NCBI GenBank assembly: GCA_903885375.1 | Contig: CAISIK010000061.1 | Coordinates: 1,224 to 65,223 of the forward strand | Length of the DNA stretch: 64,000 bases | Source: an uncultured Pseudomonadota bacterium | GTDB lineage: Bacteria; Myxococcota_A; UBA796; SXON01 | Reading direction: 5' to 3' | In this document: in pieces, positions 37,278-45,570 of the stretch | How positions within the stretch are numbered: position 1 is the stretch's first letter | Layout: the number at the start of each line of letters is the position of its first letter | Notes under the pieces: generated by a model | What the model saw: the letters and a program-made list of their open reading frames with translations, nothing else | Database searches by the model: none | What the model was told of the DNA's origin: nothing | Translations under genes and position numbers: made by a program

Positions 37278-37781
37278 TCAGATCAGGCTGCCGCCCGGGA
37301 TCGAGGCGGCCACATCCTCGGCCGTGAGGGTGGCGAGCCCGGCCAGCTCGGCGATGCGGTGGTTGGTGGCGCGCAGATCGCGCACCAGCTGCCGGCAGAC
37401 GAGCATGAGGAAGCGGGCGCCCAGCGGCGTGGAGGCTTCCGTGAGGCGCTGGAAGTCTTCCGCGGTGATCTCGAGCACGCGGGCTTCGGTGACGGCCCGG
37501 CAGGAAACGGCGCGCGTGCCCCCATCCAGGAGCGCGATCCCGCCGAAGATGGCGCCGCGCGAGAGCAGGCCGAGGCTGGTGCGGTTGCCACCCGGCAGGC
37601 GGCGGATGACCTCGACCTCGCCGCTGTAGAGCACGTAGGCGGCGCGGGCGCGTTCGGCCTGCTCGATGATCGTGCTCTCAGGCGGAAAGACCAGCGTGCG
37701 GCAGATGCCATCGAGCAGCGCGAGGTCGTGATCCGGGAACTCGGCGAAGTCGGGCAGGTTGCGGAGGGGAGAGGGGCTCAT
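37278..37781 (-). CDS. Stand-alone cNMP-binding domain protein (degenerate phosphate-binding cassette)
   Basis: 167 aa; CAP effector-domain pattern, but the cassette reads FGGIALLDGGTRAVS (Glu replaced by Gly). No HTH. ATGA overlap with the upstream gene. Confidence 0.7.
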   Translation of the reverse strand: MSPSPLRNLPDFAEFPDHDLALLDGICRTLVFPPESTIIEQAERARAAYVLYSGEVEVIRRLPGGNRTSLGLLSRGAIFGGIALLDGGTRAVSCRAVTEARVLEITAEDFQRLTEASTPLGARFLMLVCRQLVRDLRATNHRIAELAGLATLTAEDVAASIPGGSLI

Positions 37782-38293
37782 CGGGTGATCTTCTCCCGTG
37801 AATCGGCCAGATCGCGGCGGAGGTTCACGCCTTCGCCGGTGAGGAGCCGGTCGAGCTTGGTCTCGAGCTCGCGGAGGCGGCCGCAGACCTGGAGCGAAAC
37901 GGTGCGGAGGATGCCGCTCGCGGCCGGGTGGCCCGCGGCGAGGAGGTCGGCGAAGGCGTGGGCATCGATGTTGAGCACCACGGTTTCTTCGATGGCGGTG
38001 GCGGTGGCGGCGCGCGGCGCGGGGTCGATCAGTGCCATCTCACCGATGAGCGCGCCGGAAGCCACGCTCGCCACGACGAGGTCGGGCCCGTCGGGCACCG
38101 ACACGGAAATCTGGACGAGGCCGCTCACCACGATGGTGACGCTGTCCGCGAACTCCCCCTCGCTGAAGATGCGCATGCCGGGCTTGTAGCGGAGCCCCAT
38201 GCAGCGGGAGGCGAGCGCCACGGCTTCCTCGCTGCCCAGCGAGCTGAAGACCGGAAGGCGGCGCAGGAGGTTGGCGAGTTCCTGGTAGGGCAT
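37778..38293 (-). CDS. Stand-alone cNMP-binding domain protein
   Basis: 171 aa from ATG 38293 (MPYQELANLL), 1 nt after the cyclase stop. Cassette IGEMALIDPAPRAATATA (R-A-A instead of R-S/T-A). No output domain. Confidence 0.75.
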   Translation of the reverse strand: MPYQELANLLRRLPVFSSLGSEEAVALASRCMGLRYKPGMRIFSEGEFADSVTIVVSGLVQISVSVPDGPDLVVASVASGALIGEMALIDPAPRAATATAIEETVVLNIDAHAFADLLAAGHPAASGILRTVSLQVCGRLRELETKLDRLLTGEGVNLRRDLADSREKITR

Positions 38294-38294
38294 G

Positions 38295-39839
38295 TCAGGG
38301 TCCAGCTTCGCGAAGGGCGACGACCGTGGTCCCCACGAGGATGGCATCGCCCACGTGGACGGTGCGCGCGCTCGGGAGTCGGGAGACGGTGCCTTCGGCG
38401 GTGAGGAGGAGCGTGGGGCAGGTTTCGTGCAGCGGGATGACCACGATGCCGCCTCCGCCCGCTTCGACGGCGGTCTGGCGCCGGCCGGTGAGCGACTTGT
38501 CCATCGTGAATCCCTTTTCGCGGGCCCGTGCGGCCCGCGGCCCGGCACACCAGCGGATGTTGTCCTGGCTGTTGCGGTCGGGCAGCAGCAGACCGGGATG
38601 CGCAGGCTCGCGGCCCAGCTCCACCCGCTCACCCAGGCCCACGCCGCGGTGCATGGGCGAATCGCCCACGAGCGCGCCCATGAACCCATCCACCGAGAAG
38701 GCGTGGTAGCGCATCGGCCCGAGGTGGGTCTGCACCATGCTGCCCGGGCGAAGCGGCCAGGTGGTCTGGATGCCGGCGTGCTGGCCATCCACCGACACCC
38801 CGGGCGCGAGGATGGTGAGTCCGACACCGGACTGCGACACATCGAGCCGCAGCACGGCCCGCTCGCTGCGGTTCACCCAGCGGCCATCGGGCAGCAGATC
38901 GTAGCTGTAGCCAGCCACCACCTCCGCGAAGGGCACGGCCGGCAGGCAGACCCCGGCGATGACGAGGTTGAAGATCGCGGCGCCGCCGGCATCGAGGATG
39001 ATGGTGTCGCTGCCGAGCGCCCGCTGCAGCGGGGCGGCGTAGCGGGCCACGGTGGCGGTGAGGGCCTCGGCGGTGGTGACCACGAGCCCGCGGCCGTGCT
39101 GCGCCCACTCGATGCGCTCGGCCGGCCCGATGTGGTGGGCCTGCAGCCAGATGTGCGACGGGTCGAGCACCGGGAGGGCATCCACAGCCTGGGAGAGCGA
39201 GGCGCTCCCGGGCTGGAAGCCGACGAGCACGATGTGGCCGTTGGCCGGCGCGCTGGGAACAGGGTCGCCTTCGTTCCAGACCACCAGGCGGCTGGTGCGG
39301 ACGGCCGCCACGAGCGGGTCGGGCAGGGCGCAGTGGTGCCGGGCCACGGCCCGGAAGACCTCGACCTCGCCGGGGATGCCCTTGAGCACGTGCCGGCCGG
39401 TGGACTCCCAGGGAATCTCGGCCTGGTTCATGCAGTGCCACGTGCCGGCGGAAATCCAGACCTCGCCCGCAGGAATACGGGCGTTGATCCGCGCCGAGAG
39501 GTTCACCGTTTCGCCGAAGGCGTCGTTGTCGGTCTCTTCGACATCGCCCGTGGCGCACGATGCACGGAAGGTGACCCCGGCGCTGGCCTGGGGCGGGTGG
39601 GCCTCGATGAGGTCGAGGCAGGCCCGAACGGCATCGGTGGCCGTGTCGAACAAGGCCATGAACGAATCGCCGATGCCCTTCACAACGCGACCGCCGCGCG
39701 CGATGAGCACGGGCTCCACCATCGCCTGGTGACGCTGCAGGAGGGCGCGGAGCTCCTCACGGTCGCTCTTCACCACCGACTTGGTGTAGTCGGCCATGTC
39801 GGTGAAAACCACCGTCTTGGTGCGCGTACGCAGCTCCAC
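38295..39839 (-). CDS. Class III adenylate/guanylate cyclase with unknown middle region and FHA-like C-terminus
   Basis: 514 aa; GTG start. Cyclase motifs VVFTDMADYT, KGIGDSFMALF, GETVNLSARI. The C-terminal ~110 aa (LGREP...TGRRQTAVE...VHVGDAILVGTTVVAL) resemble an FHA domain. Confidence 0.8.
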   Translation of the reverse strand: MELRTRTKTVVFTDMADYTKSVVKSDREELRALLQRHQAMVEPVLIARGGRVVKGIGDSFMALFDTATDAVRACLDLIEAHPPQASAGVTFRASCATGDVEETDNDAFGETVNLSARINARIPAGEVWISAGTWHCMNQAEIPWESTGRHVLKGIPGEVEVFRAVARHHCALPDPLVAAVRTSRLVVWNEGDPVPSAPANGHIVLVGFQPGSASLSQAVDALPVLDPSHIWLQAHHIGPAERIEWAQHGRGLVVTTAEALTATVARYAAPLQRALGSDTIILDAGGAAIFNLVIAGVCLPAVPFAEVVAGYSYDLLPDGRWVNRSERAVLRLDVSQSGVGLTILAPGVSVDGQHAGIQTTWPLRPGSMVQTHLGPMRYHAFSVDGFMGALVGDSPMHRGVGLGERVELGREPAHPGLLLPDRNSQDNIRWCAGPRAARAREKGFTMDKSLTGRRQTAVEAGGGGIVVIPLHETCPTLLLTAEGTVSRLPSARTVHVGDAILVGTTVVALREAGP

Positions 39840-40008
39840 CGTTCTTCCCTCAGCCTCGCCGGCTTATCGCCTCGGGCCCCTCCCGTCGAACGTCTCCGGC
39901 CGGGTAGGGCGGATATGCCTCCGGGCCAGCGGCCGTCGATGTTTGCAACCGCCGTGGACATCGGGTGACGGACATCTTGTCACGACCTCGACCACCTCTC
40001 TTGCCAAC

Positions 40009-40040
40009 TTGACAAGGTGGCGGAACGATCGCAAATTATC
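40009..40040 (+). promoter_or_regulatory. Candidate promoter elements upstream of gspC
   Basis: TTGACA at 40009-40014 with weak -10 candidates (CAAATT / AATTAT). It overlaps a sigma-54-like TGGCGG-N5-TCGCA (40018-40033) with correct GG/GC spacing. The region is AT-richer. Confidence 0.2.
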
Positions 40041-40093
40041 AAGCTGATTCGAGCACTCGGCAGCCGGCATGGTTCTTGCTATTCTTGACGCCG

Positions 40094-41029
40094 ATGCGTT
40101 TCCCTCCTGAACTCACTCGCCTCCGAGCCCTCATGGCCCTGGGCGTTTCCCTCGTGGTGGGCCTCGCCGCCGGCACGGGGGCGAACGTATTCGCGGGCAC
40201 CCGGCTCACCCTCCCGGATGATGTCACGCTGCCCGAGTACACCGATGCTCCCGTGGCCGAGGCCGGGGAGGGGAGCGTGGCTGCCCCGGTGGAAGAGAGC
40301 GGGAGCGCGGAAGAATCCGCCCCGCTCGTGGCCGATCGTCGCCTCTACAACGATGCGATCGTGCGGCGGAACATCTTCGATTCGGCCGCCACTCCCTCCG
40401 AAACGGTGGCCAACGCCGGCTCGCAGGACTGCAAGGAGAGCGGCTCGCGGCTGCTCGCCACGGTCGTGGCCGACCTCCCCGAGTACTCGAGCGCGCTCAT
40501 CGGCGGCAGCGGCAAGTCCGGCCGCGCCCTCGGCTACAAGGTGGGCGACTCGGTGGGTTCCGAGGGCCGCATCGTGGCCATCGAGCAGAAGAAGGTCTGT
40601 CTCGACGCAGGCGGCTGCATCTGCATGGGCGAGAATGCCAGGTTGGCGGAAGCCGGCCCCACCGCCGAAGCGGGCGCCGAGGACTCGGGCGGGGTCACCA
40701 AGCTCTCCGACACCAAGTTCCTCGTGGATCGGTCCTTCCTCGAGAAGCAGCTCGGCAACGTGGAAACGCTCGCCTCCCAGATCCGGGCCTCGCCCAAGAC
40801 CGAGGATGGCCAGATTGTCGGGTTCCGCCTCTCCGCCATCCGCAAGGGGAGCGTGTTCGACAAGCTGGGCATCAAGAACGGGGACGTCGTGCACAACGTG
40901 AACGGCCAGGCCCTCACGAGCATGGAAACGGCCATGGGGGTCTACGGCTCCCTCCAGAACGAACGCGGCTTCAACTTCGAAGTGACGCGCCGCAACCAGA
41001 AGATGACGATCGAGTACGAGGTTCGCTGA
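40094..41029 (+). CDS. gspC: Type II secretion system protein C (PDZ-containing)
   Basis: ATG 40094 (MRFPPELTRLRALMALGVSLVV TM anchor). C-terminal PDZ-like GFRLSAIRKGSVFDKLGIKNGDVVHNVNG. TGATG overlap with gspD. Confidence 0.75.
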   Translation: MRFPPELTRLRALMALGVSLVVGLAAGTGANVFAGTRLTLPDDVTLPEYTDAPVAEAGEGSVAAPVEESGSAEESAPLVADRRLYNDAIVRRNIFDSAATPSETVANAGSQDCKESGSRLLATVVADLPEYSSALIGGSGKSGRALGYKVGDSVGSEGRIVAIEQKKVCLDAGGCICMGENARLAEAGPTAEAGAEDSGGVTKLSDTKFLVDRSFLEKQLGNVETLASQIRASPKTEDGQIVGFRLSAIRKGSVFDKLGIKNGDVVHNVNGQALTSMETAMGVYGSLQNERGFNFEVTRRNQKMTIEYEVR

Positions 41030-43857
41030 TGATTACGCAAGTCCTTCTCCAGAATGCCCGTCGCGTGGGAATGATCCTCGCCCTCGGCCTCGTGTCGCTC
41101 CCCGTGGCCTTCGCCGCCGGCGACGACGAGGAGCCGCCCGAGGAGCCAGTCGGTGAGCCGGGTCAGCCGCTGCCGGGCGGGCCCGATCGCATCCTCCCCA
41201 ACGGCGCCGGCAACAAGCTGCCGTTCCGCCCCGGCCAGGGCGGCGCGGGCGGCCAGGGCGGGGCGGGGGGCCAGGGCGCGGGGGGGCCCGGCATGGGCGG
41301 TCCGGGCATGGGCGGCGCGGGCATGGGCGGCGAAGGTGGTCCCGGCATGGGCGGCCCCGGCATGGGCGGCCCCGGCATGGGCGGTCCCGAGGGGATGGAC
41401 GGTCCGGGCAGCAAGCAGGGAACGAGCTTCGTGCCCGGCGGCGCCGGCGAAGCGCCCCCCGGCGGCGAGCCGGCCGCCTCCAAGCAGAAGGCCCCCTGCA
41501 TGCCCAGCAAGGGCAAGATCACCATGGACTACGTCGATGCCCCCGTGGGCGACGTCGTGAAGTACATGGCCGAGATCACGTGCCGCAACTTCATCATCAA
41601 GGACGATCTCTCCGGCAAGGTCACCATCATCAGCCACCAGCAGGTGGGGGTCGATGAGGCCTACGAGGCCTTCCTCAGCGCGCTGGAGATCAACGGCTAC
41701 ACCACCGTGCAGGTCGGGAAGAACACGCAGGTCGTCCCCACCACCGAGGCGGCCAACCACCCGCTCCGCGTACTGCAGCCGGATGATGCCATCCCGGCCA
41801 CCGACAACTACGTCACCCAGATCGTCCAGGTCGAGAACGTGAGCGTGAGCGACATGGCCTCCGTGGTCAAGGAGCTCGCGGGCACCAAGGTGCGCGTGGT
41901 GGCCTACGCCCCCACGAACACGCTCATCATCACCGACTCGGCGTTCAACATCCGCCGCGTGGTGAAGATCGTGGCGCAGCTCGATGTGGCCGCCCCCAAG
42001 GCCAAGCTCGAGGTGGTGCCGCTGAAGCACGCCACCGCCTCGGAGGTGGAGACCATCCTCAAGGACATCTACTCGGTGGAGAGCTCGTCATCGTCGTCGA
42101 GCAAGACCTCGAGCGCCGACCGCAACTCGCGCACGCGCAAGGGCAAGAAGGACGCGGAGCCCACCGGCGGCTCGGCCACGAGCGTGGGCGCCGAGGGCAC
42201 CTACATCTCCAAGATCATCTCCGATGAGCGCACCAACTCGCTCATCATCATGGCCAACGAGGAGGCGCTCACGGCGGTCAAGGGCCTCATCGCCACGCTC
42301 GATCAGGACATCGATCCGAGCAGCCGTTCGCAGATCCACGTCGTCTACCTCGAGAACGCCAAGGCCTCCGATGTGGCGGCGGTGCTCCAGGACCTCTCCT
42401 CCTCGACGAGCAGCGGCGGGTCGAGCCGCTCATCCTCGTCGTCGTCGAGCTCCCGCAGCAAGTCGTCGAACTCGAGCTCCCGCAGCAGCACCCCCAGCCG
42501 AAGCTCCAACAGCGGCGGATACGGCGGCGGCGGCGGCTCCCGCGGCGGCGGCTCGAGTGGCGGCATGCCCGGCGGCGCGCCTGGCGATGGCCCCGGCGGG
42601 CCACCCGGCGGCTTTGGCGGTCCCAGCGGTCCCGGCGGCGGCAACTCCACCGGCGTGGTAGCGGCCTTCGACAGCGGGATGCGCATCACGGCCGACGAGA
42701 ACACCAACTCGCTCGTGATCATCGCCGCCCCCGAGGACTACCGCGTGATCCAGGGCGTGATCTCCAAGCTCGACATCCGGCGTCGCCAGGTGTTCGTGGA
42801 GGCGGTCGTGCTCGAGGTGGGCAGCGAGGACGAGTTCGACTTCGGGATCGGCTACCACGGCGGCCTGCCCGACTCCGACGGCAACATGCAACTGGCTTCG
42901 GCCCAGCTCAACGGCAGCTCCTTCGGGGCCACCACCGATGCGCTCAGCGGCCTCGCCATGGGCATCTTCGGCGCCGAAACGGTGGACATCCCGCTGTTCA
43001 GCAGCTCGGGCGAGAGCACCGTCCTCTCCATCCCCACCTTCGGCATCGCGCTCAACGCCCTGGCCTCCAACTCGGGCGTGGACATCCTCTCCAACCCTTC
43101 GTTGCTCATCGTCGACAACGAGGAGGCCACGATCAGCGTGGGCCGCAACGTGCCGTTCCCGGTGTCCAGCGGGCGGGACAACAACAACAACCCGATCGTG
43201 AGCTACCAGCGCGAAGACGTGGGCATCGAGCTCAAGGTCACGCCGCAGATCAACGAGAGCAACACCGTCACCATGGAGCTCTCGCTCAAGGTGGCCGAGG
43301 TGGAGGAGGACAGCTCCGGGCTCGACGTGAGCACGGCGGGCTTCATCACGTCGGAGCGCGAGATGGAGAACGTGGCCGTGGTCGACGACAACCAGACCAT
43401 CGTGATCGGCGGCCTCATCGGCAAGACTGCCACCACGGTGGAAACCAAGATTCCCATCCTCGGCGACATTCCGCTCATCGGCGCGCTCTTCCGCGGCACG
43501 CGCAACACCGAGCGCAAGACGAACCTGCTCATCTTCCTCACGCCCCACGTCATCAACGAGGGCGACGATCTGCAGGAGGTGTACCGCGTGAAGTGGGCGC
43601 AGCGGCAGGAGTTCGTAAAGCGCTTCTACGGCAAGTCGCGTGATGCCCAGCAGAAGGAGCTGGCCGCCATCCTCGCCGGGTCGATGACCGCCATCGACGA
43701 GCCGAGTCAGTACCGTCCCAAGGCGCGCCCCGTGCAGTCCGACGAGGCCATCGGCGAGCGCGGCATGGGCACCATCCTCCCCGCTGCCGGTGAGGCGCCG
43801 CCCGCCCCCGCCGCGCCCGCCGAGCCCACCCCGCCGCCGGCCGGCGGGGGAGAGTAG
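41029..43857 (+). CDS. gspD: Type II secretion system secretin
   Basis: 942 aa. N-domains (VKYMAEITCRNFII; NTLIITDS; NSLIIMAN; NSLVIIAAPED) and secretin core (VPILGDIPLIGALFR...NLLIFLTPHVI), with long low-complexity inserts. Confidence 0.9.
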   Translation: MITQVLLQNARRVGMILALGLVSLPVAFAAGDDEEPPEEPVGEPGQPLPGGPDRILPNGAGNKLPFRPGQGGAGGQGGAGGQGAGGPGMGGPGMGGAGMGGEGGPGMGGPGMGGPGMGGPEGMDGPGSKQGTSFVPGGAGEAPPGGEPAASKQKAPCMPSKGKITMDYVDAPVGDVVKYMAEITCRNFIIKDDLSGKVTIISHQQVGVDEAYEAFLSALEINGYTTVQVGKNTQVVPTTEAANHPLRVLQPDDAIPATDNYVTQIVQVENVSVSDMASVVKELAGTKVRVVAYAPTNTLIITDSAFNIRRVVKIVAQLDVAAPKAKLEVVPLKHATASEVETILKDIYSVESSSSSSSKTSSADRNSRTRKGKKDAEPTGGSATSVGAEGTYISKIISDERTNSLIIMANEEALTAVKGLIATLDQDIDPSSRSQIHVVYLENAKASDVAAVLQDLSSSTSSGGSSRSSSSSSSSRSKSSNSSSRSSTPSRSSNSGGYGGGGGSRGGGSSGGMPGGAPGDGPGGPPGGFGGPSGPGGGNSTGVVAAFDSGMRITADENTNSLVIIAAPEDYRVIQGVISKLDIRRRQVFVEAVVLEVGSEDEFDFGIGYHGGLPDSDGNMQLASAQLNGSSFGATTDALSGLAMGIFGAETVDIPLFSSSGESTVLSIPTFGIALNALASNSGVDILSNPSLLIVDNEEATISVGRNVPFPVSSGRDNNNNPIVSYQREDVGIELKVTPQINESNTVTMELSLKVAEVEEDSSGLDVSTAGFITSEREMENVAVVDDNQTIVIGGLIGKTATTVETKIPILGDIPLIGALFRGTRNTERKTNLLIFLTPHVINEGDDLQEVYRVKWAQRQEFVKRFYGKSRDAQQKELAAILAGSMTAIDEPSQYRPKARPVQSDEAIGERGMGTILPAAGEAPPAPAAPAEPTPPPAGGGE
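41287..41385 (+). repeat. Coding 15-nt tandem repeat (CCCGGCATGGGCGGY, = PGMGG) inside gspD
   Basis: Three units at 41287-41331, a 9-nt interruption, then three more units at 41341-41385. Read directly from the sequence. Confidence 0.9.
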
Positions 43858-43860
43858 GTC

Positions 43861-45570
43861 ATGGCGGTTCGTCGGGAGGGAATGGAGGAGCTGCTCCTTC
43901 GCGGTGGCGCCGATGCCGGCCGCCTTCGCGATGCGCGCAAGGAGTCCCAACGAGGGGGCGTGAGCCTGCTCGAAGGCATCCAGCGCACCCAGGCGGTGCC
44001 GTCGGAGCAGGTGGGCCGCGCGCTCGCCGAGATGCTCGGGCTCCCCTACCGCGAGTCGATCGACCACGAGGCCGTCGAGGTGGAGCTGGTGCGGCCGATC
44101 TCGCTGGCCATGGCCCGCGAGGAGGGTTTCCTCCCCTGCTGGCGCGAGGGCGCCTTCGTGCGCGTGGCCATCGCCGATGGTCGCGCCGTGGGCGTGCTCG
44201 AGGACCTGCGCCTGCTCTACCGCACGCCGGTGCGCGCCTTCGTGGTGTCGGCCGATGTGCTCCGCAACGCCACCAACAAGGCCTACGACCGCGCCTCCCG
44301 CAGCGCGTCGGCCACCCTCGAGGGCATCATCGAGGATGGCCTCGAGCAGGAGGATGGCGACCTCAACCTCACCGGCGACATCGTCGACGACCCGAACCAG
44401 GCGCCGATCATCAAGTTCGTGAACTCGCTCCTGAGCCAGGCGGTGAAGGACCGCGCGAGCGACATCCACATCGAGCCCTTCGAGAAGGAGCTCGTGGTGC
44501 GCTTCCGCATCGACGGCGTGCTCTACGAGATCGTGAAACCGCCGCCCAAGCTGCAGGCCAGCATCGTGAGCCGCGTGAAGATCATGGCGGGGCTCAACAT
44601 CGCGGAGAAGCGCATCCCGCAGGATGGTCGCATCCGCACCCGTTTTGCCGGCCGCGAGATCGACCTTCGTGTGTCGACCCTGCCCGTCCGCCACGGCGAG
44701 CGCGTGGTGATGCGTATTCTCGAGAAGGGGACGGTGTTCTCGCTCGACGGCGTGGGCATGGGCGCCGACACCGTCGCGCTGTTCCGCGAGGTCATCTCCC
44801 GTCCGCACGGCATCGTGCTCGTGACCGGCCCCACCGGCTCCGGCAAGACCACCACGCTGTACTCGGCGCTCGCCGAGATCAACGCGCCGGACCTCAACAT
44901 CCTCACCATCGAGGACCCGATCGAGTACGAGCTGCGCGGCATCGGCCAGACCCAGGTGAACCCGAAGATCGACCTCACGTTCGCTTCGGCGCTCCGCGCC
45001 CACCTCCGCCAGGACCCCGACGTCATCCTCGTGGGCGAAATCCGCGACAAGGAAACGGCCGACAACGCCGTTCAGGCCTCGCTCACCGGTCACCTCGTGT
45101 TCAGCACGCTGCACACGAACGACGCGGCCACGGCCTTCACCCGGCTCATCGACATGGGCGTGGAGAAGTTCCTCGTCACCAGCTCGCTGCTCGCGGTGCT
45201 GGCGCAACGCCTCGTCCGTCGGTTGTGTCCGCAGTGCAAGGTCGCCTACACGCCCTCGGAGGGCGAGCTGGCGGAAGCCGGCGTGGAACGCGGCCGTTTC
45301 CACGGCCACACCGTTTACAAGGCGGTGGGGTGTCCCGCCTGCCTGATGACCGGGTACAAGGGGCGAACCGGCATCTACGAGTTCCTCTCGGTGGCCGACG
45401 AAATTCGCGAGCTCGTACTCAAGAACGTGCCCGCAAACCTCGTTTCGCGCCGCGCGCGCGAGCTCGGCATGCGGTCGTTGCGGGATGACGGCATGCGCGT
45501 GGTTGCCGAAGGGCGCACCTCGCTCGACGAGGTGATGCGCGTCACCCAGATCGACGTACAGGGGGCCTGA
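43861..45570 (+). CDS. gspE: Type II secretion ATPase
   Basis: 569 aa; Walker A GPTGSGKTTT, Asp/His boxes, tetracysteine CPQC...CPAC. Confidence 0.95.
   Translation: MAVRREGMEELLLRGGADAGRLRDARKESQRGGVSLLEGIQRTQAVPSEQVGRALAEMLGLPYRESIDHEAVEVELVRPISLAMAREEGFLPCWREGAFVRVAIADGRAVGVLEDLRLLYRTPVRAFVVSADVLRNATNKAYDRASRSASATLEGIIEDGLEQEDGDLNLTGDIVDDPNQAPIIKFVNSLLSQAVKDRASDIHIEPFEKELVVRFRIDGVLYEIVKPPPKLQASIVSRVKIMAGLNIAEKRIPQDGRIRTRFAGREIDLRVSTLPVRHGERVVMRILEKGTVFSLDGVGMGADTVALFREVISRPHGIVLVTGPTGSGKTTTLYSALAEINAPDLNILTIEDPIEYELRGIGQTQVNPKIDLTFASALRAHLRQDPDVILVGEIRDKETADNAVQASLTGHLVFSTLHTNDAATAFTRLIDMGVEKFLVTSSLLAVLAQRLVRRLCPQCKVAYTPSEGELAEAGVERGRFHGHTVYKAVGCPACLMTGYKGRTGIYEFLSVADEIRELVLKNVPANLVSRRARELGMRSLRDDGMRVVAEGRTSLDEVMRVTQIDVQGA

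Noticed and set aside
34792-37629. 945-aa plus-strand ORF
   Set aside because: Antisense to rlmI, out of frame with the NAPRTase gene, and antisense to a cNMP gene. No motifs.
41287-41385. The 15-nt tandem repeat, considered as a possible CRISPR-like or non-coding VNTR element
   Set aside because: The units are contiguous with no spacers, in frame, and encode (PGMGG)n within gspD. It is reported as a coding repeat only.
42430-45309. 959-aa minus-strand ORF opposite gspD/gspE
   Set aside because: Antisense to the secretin and ATPase genes, whose conserved motifs are unambiguous. Shadow ORF.
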